A stretch of DNA of 61,002 nt, filler included, from Sluysia triapertura (Eukaryota): assembly GCA_046118255.1 (NCBI GenBank). It is 4 parts of 4 records of this genome, joined end to end, with 100 filler letters (N's around TTAATTAATTAA, not from the genome) between each part and the next. Parts side by side here need not be neighbours in the genome. Positions count along the whole stretch, not along the records: positions 1 to 12,881 come from JBJNIA010075496.1; positions 12,982 to 37,757 come from JBJNIA010185167.1; 2 more parts are not named here. The stretch is one strand, 5' to 3'. Below, in pieces: positions 8,745 through 20,923 of the stretch; the first letter of the stretch is position 1; every line of letters starts with the position of its first letter. The position numbers and the translations under genes are program-made. Under the pieces are notes generated by a model, which made no database searches, had not been told where the DNA came from, and saw only the letters and a program-made list of their open reading frames with translations.

Positions 8745-11160
8745 CAAAGGTTCTCGAACTATTTTTTCGCGTAGACCACTTCCAAAATTTTTATGGTTTC
8801 AGTGGACCCCCCCTTTATGCTACCTAGAAACTAGTAAAAAATTGTAAACATTAGATCTGACGATGTTAATTTGCGTAGCAACAGAGTTTTTGCCCTAAAG
8901 TCAGAGTGGAAAAAAATAATGCGTTTTATTTGTCAATTAAACTATATTTCCACAGAATAAAATTAAACATGAAAAATACAATATTAATAAAAATAAAATA
9001 ATCAAATAGAATCAATGAAACATTGTAATGGGAGGGATGTACATAATGTGTTGACAGCAAGTAATCGATGTTTGGTTTAAATTTCATTAGAAATACACGC
9101 AAATCTCCCCGTTCTATGATGTCCAATCTACTTCTTTTGCTATCAATAGATTTGTAACAACACTAAAACATTTTTCGATAAGGTATGACGTGGGATACAT
9201 TATCAAAAATTTACTTGCAATTTTCCACAGCTCAGAATATTTTACGGTTATTTCTGCCTGCTGCCAAAAGTATTGATACCCATTTCTAAATTTCTCTTTC
9301 AGTTGCTCGTTAGTGCTAAGCTCCAGCAGCTCGTCTTGTAATGAGACATCCGTCACTTCCATTTCCATTTCATCAAATGGATTGATGATCCATGGTGCCA
9401 TTTCCAAAGTTAAAATATCTTCAGATGTAATTTTGAAATCAAAATGCAGAACATTCAAATGTTGAACGTAGTAGTAAATATTCTCGTCAAGACATTCTAT
9501 CTGTGATACGTATGGAAACTGCGAGAAATCGCATTGACTAATATTTGGATTCATAGATTTTAATTGTTCAAGAAAAGCCGAAATTACAGACTGTTTGTAT
9601 TAAATTCAGGTTATCGCCTTGTAACTGCCTGTTAATTTCACTGAATTTACTAAACAAATCTGTCTCAATGTTTGCTTTCAATTTGATCAAGTTATTTTTT
9701 AAAATTAGATCTTTGCTCTCCAGAAACTCTAAAATTGTCTCGAAAAGTGCGTAAAATCTTGTTAAACAGTCACCATTCGACAACCAGCGTACTTCAGATT
9801 GTATCAGCAATCTTTGGAAATCTCATCATTCCCGTGACATAACCGTGCGAATAACAGTGTATTTAATGCATTGCTCTTTATTTTATTAACTTCATGAATC
9901 ACTAACTGAAGCGATTGGTACAATCTTTCACTCAAATTTTTCGCTACCAAGTGTTGTCGGCGGATTACTCAGTGGATCGCAGTAACCGTTGGCACAATTT
10001 TTTGAGATAGCTTGTAAATCCACGATATCGCCCAGTCATGGATGGGTGCTATATCTGCTGCCACCGAAATAATGTTTGTACGTGGAAGCGATTTATCCAT
10101 AAAAAATCACTCAGGACATTGAATATCGACTCGCCTTTAGTATCTGTCTTCAAATACTTTGCGAATAGCAGTTCTTCATGAATTTCTTCGTCCACAGCAA
10201 ATCGAACATATGCGACAATAGTGCTTCATTCCCAGGTCATGTTCACTCACCCAATTGAATGGAAAAATAAGTTGTTTTTAGATAAGTATCCAAGAAGCTC
10301 TCAATATTATAGCTTATGCCATCCATACATCTTTGAACTGTGTTATTACTGGAAGAGATTCTTTTGAGTACTTCAGATGAAGATTTATTTAGAACCGATC
10401 TTAATCTCTTCCGTAACTATTAAAATTAGCTGTTCTCCGATGGTTTACGGTCTTTCAGATTTCGCAATAAGCAGTGATATTGTAATATGCCTGCAAACCA
10501 TCATCGTTACTTTGAGACGCTGAAGCTAGCATATTCGACACGGTGGGCCTTCATATCGCTCTTGTTCTTTTTGATCAAGATGACACATTCCAAGACGATC
10601 TTCGAGCTTTGTTGAGTTCATGGATTCATTACTTAAAATTTTGTTGCATATAACGCACATAGGGAATAGTTTGTAAGAGGGTAATGGAAGAAAGCCAAAT
10701 TTTATATAATCAACACTGTACAGTCGACATTTCTTCTTAGATTCTGCCATGTTTGCTATCAGGTAACAAAAGAGAAAATATTATTTTAATAATGATGCAG
10801 CTGTTTTCTTATTATTAAACTGAAAAGCAATAAAACTTTAAGACACAAATAGAGATTTTAACAAGACAGCACAACTTATTCTAATATAAATGTACCTAAT
10901 AATGGGTAGCTATGTATTGTGTATGATAAGAAGGAACTCATTTTTTTATTCACGTGAGACAAGAAACGAAAGTTTATTCACAGGTTCAAAACCGGTAAAA
11001 AACATATCACATCACACGTAGTAATGAATTTCATGTTACACCAGTATTCACGTTCATTCGCGCAGTTTTGGATGAGTCTTTCTCCCATTCTCGCCATTCA
11101 AAATAAAGAGAACGATATCACTTTCGCAAGAGACCCTCGCGTACCCTCGCGTACCGTACC
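8745..11160 (-). mobile_element. Decayed hAT (Buster/Charlie; ZBED8/SCAND3-like) transposon
   Basis: Fragmented minus ORFs: MAESKKKCRLYSVDYIKFGF...PMCVICNKILSNESM (10526-10750), QSEVRWLSNGDCLTRFY (9568-9810), and WIINPF...FLIMYPTSYLIEKCFSVV (9114-9554). A terminus-like CAAAGGTTCTCGAAC lies at ~8745. The right boundary is uncertain. Confidence 0.9.
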
Positions 11161-12407
11161 CTTCACCAAACGTTCCACATCGAGACATGATGGAAGCGGG
11201 GGTTTTTTGGTCTGACCGACTCGTGTGCACAGAGGTCTGTGCGTGCTGTTACAGAGCCACAAAAAGTCGCATTTTCAGGATTCGACGGATTCATACAATG
11301 CTCCTTGGGACAGAACTCAGCAAGTGACAAATTTCCCTCACATGTGACGTTCAGCGGATGAATTGGTCACTCAGGTGTTCACGACTGCTCGTTCCCGCAT
11401 TCCTCTCCCAGCAAAATCCGTAATTTCGCAAGTACCACATTTTTAACACACATTCACGGCGTGAGCGCTGCGCCACTGATCGGCAACACCATTTCAAGGC
11501 CTCTGTTTCCTCTATTTTTCTGTTTTAGAGCTTCCTACGCTGGTGCACTTCCCGCACGACCGTGCATCGGTACCGTTGTATGAATTATGAATTAGCTCTC
11601 TTACGTCCTGTCAATATGAACATAATGCTGCTGCAATTTACATCGTGAATGACACATCAGAATTTCATCGAGTGTGAAATGCTATTACCGTTGAACATTA
11701 GAGGTTTGAACAATTTACCATAAGAAATTAAGGGCTCAGCCATTTTACGTGTTTGGTGGCATGCAACTTTCAGGAAGGTAACGCCTCACGTGCACCATGT
11801 AGCGGTGGTCCCAAATGGCAAGAGACGATACTGCTTTCGCATGAATACGTGTGGAAAGATTCTGTTACTATCCAACACGTCAGTTTTCAAAAGATACATC
11901 TGAAAAGGGATCAAGCAGCTAAGTCTGAATCGATAATATATCTCCTTGGCTGACCTGAGCCATCAGATCCAGACGAGTTACCTGAATGCGAAGTAATTCA
12001 GTGAACAGCCCGCAGAGGTGCACGTCTGAGGGAAATTATCCACTGTACATTGCCATCTTTCTTTTAATATTATACCAAATATACTATTTCTTAATAGAAA
12101 TGGAGCAATTACAGGAAAAAATCTCTTTAAATGAAAAAAGTAGCCTTCGGGCAATCGAACTCCCGCCTCCCGGGATAATACAAATGTCGTTGCTATTCAT
12201 GAAAAAATGAAGCAATTTACATTCTTTTATTAAAAGAACAATTTCGTTCAATAATCAAAAAGCTAATATTAAACAGTTATGCAATGAACGATCTTCTGAA
12301 TTGTAAAGAAATTTTGCACTTGTCGGGAATGTAACTCGGAACTTCGGCGTTACAGGAAACATCAATAAATGCACAGAAGCTAATGCTAATGCCAACAGCT
12401 CTATGCA

Positions 12408-12640
12408 GCCCACTTACATCAGTTATACAGGTGGCAAACGTCAGTCATACACCTGGCCTACATCAGTCACGCATGGTAGCATAAATCAGTCATGCAGGTA
12501 GCCTACTTCAGTCATGCAGGTAGCCTACATCAATCACGCAGCTGTTCTACATCACAGACACAGCTGGCCTACATCAGGCATAGAACAGGCCTATATCAGT
12601 CATACAGCTGGTCTGCATTAATCCTGACACATCAGTCATA
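12408..12640. repeat. ~22-bp minisatellite
   Basis: About 10 degenerate tandem units of CAGTCATGCAGGTAGCCTACAT. Confidence 0.85.
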
Positions 12641-12881
12641 AACATGGACCTCTGCCACGCGCATAAATGTCCGTAAATATTTCACGTGTCCAAAATGTTA
12701 ACTTGTTCCAGGAAACCAAGGCAGTTTCAGTAGCATTTCGTAAAGTGACAATGCATGTGATACAACTTTAATAAACTGGCGAGCAGTGACGCCATAAACC
12801 GAAACCATGGAGACCAGGGAAACCACTCGCTCACGGGCCCCACCAATCACTCGCTGCCCTCACGCACCTTCACAACTCGCT

Positions 12882-12981
12882 NNNNNNNNNNNNNNNNNNN
12901 NNNNNNNNNNNNNNNNNNNNNNNNNTTAATTAATTAANNNNNNNNNNNNNNNNNNNNNNNNNNNNNNNNNNNNNNNNNNNN
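12882..12981. other. Artificial contig spacer (N44-TTAATTAATTAA-N44)
   Basis: Exactly 100 bp with a six-frame stop linker; the identical construct recurs twice more. Confidence 0.97.
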
Positions 12982-14744
12982 TAATTAACAATTTATTAAT
13001 AACGCTTTCTGTCTTCATTTCACAACATTTATTGAAGTACTATAATTTAACTTTTCCGCAGCATACTTGTATATTTTAATTATCCTTAAAAGACTCTGAA
13101 AAAGACAAAATATCCATTTAATTGTAGTTTTATTAACATTATTTCTATCAAATGTGTGTCAAATGACACCTTTTAACATGTTTTAATTTGACATTATTTT
13201 CAATTATTTGACATTTTTCTCAATTAATATTTTGACTTCGTGCTATAATAATTGTTAAATTTATTTAGCGGTGTAATTTTCCTTCAGCTCATCATAGATA
13301 CACAAATAGGTATACCCAAAATCGTGGTAGAAAGTGTTAAGCAAATAATTCAATATAAGAAGTACATAAATCTATACTTGAAATGATAGAATTTTAAATT
13401 ATACGCAGAATTATTTTAATCGAAATTAAATGAAATAATCTTAAGAAAGACTAAATTAATGATATAAAATAAAAAATGATTTCTTCAATAAAATCGATGA
13501 TCTCAAACTGAATTTTACAAATTCAATCTTATTTTCTTCTATGATCTGCGTGTATATGTGTCTATGTATGTGCACTAATTTTTTACGAAACATGCATTAT
13601 TCAAATTACAAACATTATATTTTCTTTGTTAAAGCACACACACACACACACCTATTTTTACTCTTTCAAAATTTTAAATTAAATTTACAAATCCATTTAA
13701 TTTAAATTTATTTCTTAAATAAAATTATTTCAAAATAAAATTAAACATTAAGATTATAATGCTTTTTATCAATTTAAAATGAGATTTAATAGAGTTAATA
13801 TAAATTCAAAATTTAATAACAAATTGTAACAAATTTTAAGTTGGAATTAAATGCATAGTCATTTTAAAATGATATTCTATAAGGGAAATGTAAAATCAAA
13901 CTTTAAGAACAAAAAATTTAATAAAATCTATTTCAATACGTGAGTTAAAATCATGTTAAATTAAGATTGAATAAAGTTGTAAGTGATTAAAAATTAATAA
14001 CATTTTCAACTAAAATTAACTTAAATTAAGAATTGAGCAAAGTAGAGTGAATAATGTGGCATCAAAATTAAATGCGTAATAATCAACAAAAATTATCTTC
14101 AAAAGAGAATAAATATAAATTATATACAATTAAAAATTAGTAACACATTTGGACGAAAGTAGCAATTATCGCGCAGTGTTTGTTTGTGATTAAAAAGTTA
14201 ATATTATGAAATTTACACTATTAGTTTATTATGAAATTACTAGTTACACTATTAATAAAAATTATTATTATTAAAATTATTAACTACGGATTCCACTATG
14301 TGCGTTATTAGCTTACTATTATTATAATTAGAATGGAAGCTACGAATTTTGTGAAATTATTATTACTAATTATTATACTGATTATTACTGAACTATAAAT
14401 AATATAAATTATCATTAATAATAAATAACAATATAAATTGCTATAGGAATTCCATAACACACAAGATTTTAAAAAATTATATGCGAGGAACACTCGATTC
14501 GGTATTGTTTTTGCAAGAATTTTAACATTTATTTGCTACGAGGAACAACTTAATTTTAGATATTTACGGAGCTCAATTTTAATTACACGAAGTTTCTGGT
14601 GTACTTCAATCCTCCCTTCTGGACAAATAGACATTCAACGAATAAAATAGTGATTAGATTTTATCTAAACATTCATCCAATTGTCAAACAAATGAGTGAT
14701 AATTGCTATTTTTTTCGTCCAAAAATTAAAATATAAACGTTAAC

Positions 14745-14960
14745 ATTAATAATTTCATCAACAAACTTTATGCAGGTGTTTGAATTCATTTTATAATTCT
14801 ATTATTTGCTGTAAAATCTACAAACATTTCATTAATAATTTAATTACTTAATTAATAATTGTATTATTTGTTGTAAACATTTCATCAATAAACTTTATGC
14901 AGGTGTTTGAATTAATTATAATTTTATTATTTGTGGTAGAGTGTATAAAATTTTCTTTAA
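14745..14960. repeat. Tandem duplication, ~130-bp period
   Basis: ATTTCATCAA(C/T)AAACTTTATGCAGGTGTTTGAATT occurs at ~14752 and ~14879. Confidence 0.85.
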
Positions 14961-15499
14961 TAAATCTTTTCTTTATAAATTTGATTTGTGTTTTATCGTT
15001 GTTAGTTGATCAATGGAAAAAGAGCCCCCATGGGAAAACATAAAATACTACTAAGTTAAAATAACATTTCATTGATAATGGTTGAAGTTAAATGGAAGCA
15101 TTTTCATTAAATAAAATCCATTTTGAAATAAAATAAAGACTTACTTTCGCGTTTCCATTTCCGATCTCACACTTCTAAATAAGTTAAATCTAAAGCACAA
15201 ATAATGTAAAATAATTACTAGGAAAACTCAAGTTGCTATTGACTAATAATAATTTATATAAGTGAAGATATTTAGACTACTGTCGAGATCAAAAGTGTAT
15301 CTTGGACAAAGGTGAAAATTTATTTAAAGTAACTCAAAAACATAGAACGAAGAGCATTCAGAGACATTTACTTTTTATAAAGAACTACTTAATAATTAAG
15401 AATTACTTAATAAAATGTTCTTTATTAAAATATTAATTCTTTTCTGAAGATCTAATGTTCTTTGTCTTTAAAGTAATAATAACGAATCTTTTAAAACGT

Positions 15500-15882
15500 A
15501 TTCTTTCTCTAAACTTATTTCATTATGTACTTAATAGTAATGTTTCTTATCATACTATTTTGTTCTTGATGTTCTTGTAATGTTTCAGTTGCTTATCTAT
15601 TTTTTGTTGTGTTAGAGCGTTCAATTTGATATTCCTGTTACGAAATGGTTGTCGAAAGAAGGATATATGTCGTGTTAAAAATATAGGGAATATGAAATAT
15701 AAAAAGAGATTAGTGAAATTGAAGATGTTAAAAGAAATTCCATTTTTGTTTAGTGTTTTACAATAATTTTAAATGTAGATTTAATGATTTTTGATGTTAT
15801 AAATGATTTTAATGTTGTCTAATTGTGAACTTAAAAGTGATTGTCATATTTACAATTATGAATGATGAGGTTGGCCACCACA
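15500..15882 (-). mobile_element. End of a TGTGG-terminated unclassified element
   Basis: A G/T-rich, C-poor tract ends in GGTTGGCCACCACA (reverse complement TGTGGTGGCCAACC). Confidence 0.55.
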
Positions 15883-15899
15883 AGTTTATCATTATTTTT

Positions 15900-16830
15900 T
15901 GTTACTACCTGTTTTACTGTCAATTTCGACAGTTTTCAATTTGTTTTCTAGCAATTGCTGTCATCGTATGACAGTCTTGTTATGTTGATGAGTTTTAATT
16001 AAAATATTCCAGCAACAGGAAGTCGCTTTCATTGGCCAACCAATCACAATCATTATTAGTTCACAATCCAAGTAGTTTGCACAATAAATCAATCGAAATT
16101 ATTTTAGTTTTGCCACAATTCAACATAAAATTCAATGTACTGCTACTCAGTGATTTCAGTTACACATTAAAAATTTGTATCAGAAAATAAACAATGATAA
16201 AATATTTTCAAAATTAATGTCTTACCTAAATAAAGTATTACTCGTGAACGTATTCAAGAGATCATTTTAGCTCAAAGTCATAATTTATTTAAAGAAACGA
16301 ATAATATGCTAATTACAATTAATGAATTACCCATTAGTAATAATGAAGCCATTTCTCATGATTTAAAGAATTGTTTAACTGCTTTGATTGAATTAAGAAA
16401 AGATTTTGACAATAATTCTCGAAGAATTAATGTAATAAAAGATATGGTAGTTAAAAGACATCCAAGTGAATACAAATTATCTCAAACAAATAATTATAGA
16501 TATGAAGTAGATGAAGAAGTAAAACAGTAAATCTAATATTTCGAAAAGCATGTTTTACATTGAATATTGGACCAAAATTAACATATACTTATTTCAGTTC
16601 TCCAGATTTTCTAACATTGGATTGTAACATTATATTAAATGAAATCATTTCATTAATTCTATTAGATCAGCCGATATATATAAATATAACTAAGTTCAAT
16701 AACAGAACTCATTACTTAGTATATAATGCAAACAGTGAATTCTTCAATAATCAACCACTCACATCACATTGGTTCAAATTTGTGTATGCATAACGCGGTT
16801 ATACGTCATGTTTGTCACGAGAAGATTCAT
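15900..16830 (+). pseudogene. Decayed ORF of unknown function with a promoter block shared with 25300-25440
   Basis: GTTACTACC, TGACAG palindromes and CATTGGCCAACCAATCA (16030-16046) precede the interrupted reading frames 16306-16530 and 16560-16793. Confidence 0.45.
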
Positions 16831-18759
16831 TTAAAGGTATATTATTATTATTTTTTGTATTTACTATTACATTTTGATGATTAAAAATTTTTATTTTATT
16901 GTGTTCTTATGTGTCTGAATATCTTTTTAGCGTATGGATCGTAATATTTTCAATGATGCATCAACATTTATTATTATTTAAATTTTGTTTTATGAAACAA
17001 TTTTTTATCAAATCGATAAAGTTAGTGTACAATCGTCTTAGATTTTATTTTAATTATTTTACCTTCGAAAATATTTTAAACATTCTGATAAAGTTACGAT
17101 ATTATTTGAATTAAATAAATTAATAAAAATATTAATAAATTTATAATAATCATTACTAATTAATTAATTAATAATTATTAATAAATTATTAATAATTAAT
17201 AAAAATATAATAATAAAAATCTTGCAGTAACTAAATCAGAATTTTATAACAATTTTATTCATTTTAATAATCATTTAATTTTTACCTATAATATTAATAT
17301 TATTCGAAAGACATTTGATAAGCCATTTAATAAATGGTGCATTGGTTACATACTCCCTTATTTCACAATAAAGCCAATTATAATCTATAATAATATACAC
17401 ATTGCAATCTTATTGCACATATTTTCTTCATATATGATAGTTAATCACATTCTATAATATAGTTCTGGCTATATTTTCATACTCATTTCTATTTGTTATT
17501 TCCTATATTACAGTTATGTATTTATATCCGGGCTCGATTCCGGTTAGTCCATTTTATGAAGTCCAATATATCTGTCTTAGTATAATTCATATTTACTCAC
17601 TTTATGGTGCAGATCCTTTCTCTGATAATTAAGTTTAATAAGGTCCATTATTGGTTATTTTTTAGGTGTCCTTATTTCCATTTTCAAATATACAATGCTT
17701 TCTTGAATTTATTAAGGTCATTCAATTATTCAGTTAAATCAATTTATTTGTTTATTTATTTAATAAATGCAAAAATAAATAACAATTTAATTCAAATTCT
17801 TATTTGATACTAAAAATAGAAACATGTAAAAAGTTGCTTTTTTAAAAATTCGATATTTTTTCTATCAATATAAACTTTACATAATTTCATGAACAAAGAG
17901 AATCATTCTTATTTAACCATTTGAATTTTATTTCCTTCGATCTTTATACAGAATGAAATAAAGAACTAATGCAAAATTTACATTGGCGAATATATTTTCT
18001 ATTTAATGCGAAATACGTATTTTATTTAATATTGATATTGATAGAAAAGTAATATTTAATTGAGTAAAATAAAAATAATAATAATAATAATAATAATTTT
18101 AATAATAATAATAAATTATAATGATAATAATAATATCAAAAAGATGAGTTATTGCTGCAAGAAAAAGTAATTGATGATAGATCAATAAAATAACAATTAA
18201 AATGAGAAAATAACAAGAACAATGATCAAATTTTCAAATAAAAAGTATTTTTATTGACGGAAAAATGTTTGAATTAAAGTTAACCTTTTTATCGAAGACC
18301 GAATTAAAATTATTTATTGCTTTTTATATGTTTAATTAAATAATATTAGATCGAGTTACAGTCCCTGTCTTACAACATCCGTAGGAATGTCTTTGATATC
18401 ACATTTTATCAACTACAGATTAAACTCGTCCATCAAAATTACAAATGTAAAATGTATTCGACTCGAAATTTAATATTTCATAGTCAGAATTATTCTAAAT
18501 GCTCCTCCAATAATTTTATTAGCATCCTCGATCAACTCTGTCACATATTAAATCTTTAGATATTTCGAATGTCCTAGTTAGACTAAATACACTCCGTAAT
18601 CGTAATTATTTATTAATAGCTTNNNNNNNNNNNNNNNNNNNNNNNNNNNNNNNNNNNNNNNNNNNNNNNNNNNNNNNNNNNNNNNNNNNNNNNNNNNNNN
18701 NNNNNNNNNNNNNNNNNNNNNNNNNNNNNNNNNNNNNNNNNNNNNNNNNNNNNNNNNNN

Positions 18760-19140
18760 TTGTTATAATACTAATAATGATAATAATTATTATTATGGTA
18801 ATAATAATAATAACAATAATAATAATAATGATAATGTTAATAATAATATTAATGATAATAATAGTGATAATAATAACATTATTAATAGTCATAATAATGA
18901 TAATAATAACAATAATAATAGTCATATTATTGACAATAATAATGATAATGATGACAATAATAATAGTCATAATAATAATGATAATAATAATTATAGTAAT
19001 AATAATGATAATAATAATAACAATAATGATAATAATAATTATAGTACTAATAATGATAATTATAGTACTAATAATAATGATAATAATAATAATAGTAGCA
19101 ATAATAATAATAATAATAATTATAATGATAATAATAATCA
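18760..19140. repeat. Degenerate (AAT)n microsatellite
   Basis: ATA/ATG/ACA triplet run next to an assembly gap; it explains the poly-Ile ORFs. Confidence 0.97.
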
Positions 19141-19889
19141 ATCACAAACATATAAACAAATAAAATAACATCACAAAAGCTTAATTAAAGAAATTCCAAC
19201 CATTTAGTTTTAACTGAAGCTGAGAATAAGGGAAATCAATATTTATATTTTTACATAAGTTTAAAATTTCATAAGTTTTGCGTAGTTATGTAAGTAGAAA
19301 GTTTTACTTAAGTACGACAAATGTTTTTCAGTAATTTTAATATGCAAATAAAATTATCATGCTTGTTTTTATTGTGTTATANNNNNNNNNNNNNNNNNNN
19401 NNNNNNNNNNNNNNNNNNNNNNNNNNNNNNNNNNNNNNNNNNNNNNNNNNNNNNNNNNNNNNNNNNNNNNNNNNNNNNNNNNNNNNNNNNNNNNNNNNNN
19501 NNNNNNNNNNNNNNNNNNNNNNNNNNNNNNNNNNNNNNNNNNNNNNNNNNNNNGTGCTATATTTTATTGTCTTTATTGAAATTTAAAATTTTCGACGAAA
19601 ATTTAATGATTACTTATTTTATCTTTAAAAATTCACAAATTCGATTAATATTAAAAGGAACATAATTTGCTGAAATTTTATTTAAAACATTTATAAAAAA
19701 GACAAATGTTTTCACAGTTTCTTGAATATACTATTTTTCTTATTCTGAAGCAGTTAATAAATAAAATAATAAAATCATAAAAGTAACATTGTAATTCATA
19801 AAATTCTTTGAAAAACTTAAAAATGACTTTATTAATGTCTTCATTGTCCGAACAATGTGGTCCTAATAATTTTTCTTTACGTATACCAA

Positions 19890-19985
19890 GAATAGCCACA
19901 AGCTGATCTAATGCATGTTCATATGGGCAGAGGTGTCCATATTTCGTACATTGACCAGACTCCATAGTTTGGAAGATTTATTCTC
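19890..19985 (-). pseudogene. CCCH-type zinc-finger-like fragment
   Basis: MESGQCTKYGHLCPYEHALDQL resembles the second half of a CCCH finger (G-x-C...C-P-Y-x-H...L); the first Cys is missing. Confidence 0.45.
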
Positions 19986-20059
19986 TCATTTATTCTTATA
20001 TCATCAATTTCGATATCCATTGAATATGATAAAAAATATAAATCTGAAAAAAGCAAGAC

Positions 20060-20228
20060 TATATTCATTTTCGACACTTGTTTTATTCGTAATAATGAAA
20101 AACAGTACCATGCGATTGTGTATTGATTTTAGAGAATTAAACAACATAACACGAGAGGATATATTTTCACTAGCACGAATAAAAAAATCGTAGCGTTTCT
20201 CATTTCGGATCTTCGAACTTGATACAAG
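20060..20228 (+). pseudogene. Ty3/gypsy reverse transcriptase fragment
   Basis: SFSTLVLFVIMKNSTMRLCIDFRELNNITREDIFSLARI matches SP...V.KKDG..R.C.DYR.LN..T..D..PLPRI. It is followed by frameshifted SDLRT*Y (LDLRSGY) and interrupted by the TGTGG element at 20229. Confidence 0.85.
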
Positions 20229-20769
20229 TGTGGTGGTTAACCTATTTCCCTAATAATCATTCTCTACAAATCACATTCAAAAATCAACAGAAAACAACAC
20301 ATTCTATATAAAACCATGCTCTTAAACATTTTAACACTCCCATATTTTCCACTTTTACATCCATTAAAAACATCTTCATCCGTTAAAATCAACTAAACAC
20401 ATAATCTCATAACATTCTAAATGTCAATATGTAAATTATTAATCAATAAATTATGTTTAATCAATAAATTATTTTTGTATTGTAAATTATTAATAAATTA
20501 TGTTTGTATCTAAAATAAAAGGTTAACACATGTAAATTATTAATCAATAAATTATAGATTTTAATTATTATTGATTTTAAATTTTCTAAAAATAAATTTT
20601 TCAGTAATTTTAATATCTGGAATTTTAAATAATTTTAATATTTTTGAAATAATTTTGGAATTGTAATATCTGGTAAATTGTAATATCTGGTGAAGACATG
20701 ATAAAGTTTGCAATGATTGTGGTGTGTTGAATGTTTGATGATTTGTGAGTTACGAGATGAGCAACAGCA
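20229..20769. mobile_element. TGTGG-terminated unclassified element inserted into the gypsy RT relic
   Basis: Starts TGTGGTGGTTAACC with a G-poor left part, has a C-poor right part, and ends in a degenerate ATGAGCAACAGCA. Confidence 0.55.
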
Positions 20770-20874
20770 ATATAATTTCATTTTTATAATTCATTATAAT
20801 GCATAATTTATATTGTATATAATTTATATTGAATTTTAAAGCAGAATAATAGAATAAAGAGAGGGTTTTAACAT

Positions 20875-20923
20875 GAGTCCACCAACGTACTAGGCTTACC
20901 GGTTAGGGCTAGCCGTTGGATTT
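20875..20923 (+). repeat. Palindromic terminus of an unclassified repeat family, copy 1
   Basis: GAGTCCACCAACGTACTAGGCTTACCGGTTAGGGCTAGCCGTTGGATTT; four more copies occur in the window. Confidence 0.85.

Noticed and set aside
12145-12360. tRNA genes suggested by B-box-like words on the minus strand
   Set aside because: No A box or cloverleaf; at most SINE debris.
12408-12640. Possible CRISPR array
   Set aside because: Head-to-tail degenerate units with no unique spacers, no cas genes and a eukaryotic context; this is a minisatellite.
12926-12937. TTAATTAATTAA palindrome as a biological motif
   Set aside because: It is embedded in exactly 44 Ns on each side three times, so it is an assembly linker.
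18578-19163. Poly-isoleucine ORFs on both strands
   Set aside because: They are translations of an (AAT)n microsatellite and an N gap.
20901-20908. TTAGGG in the palindrome as a telomere-addition signal
   Set aside because: A single hexamer, altered in two of five copies, and better explained as one arm of the palindrome.
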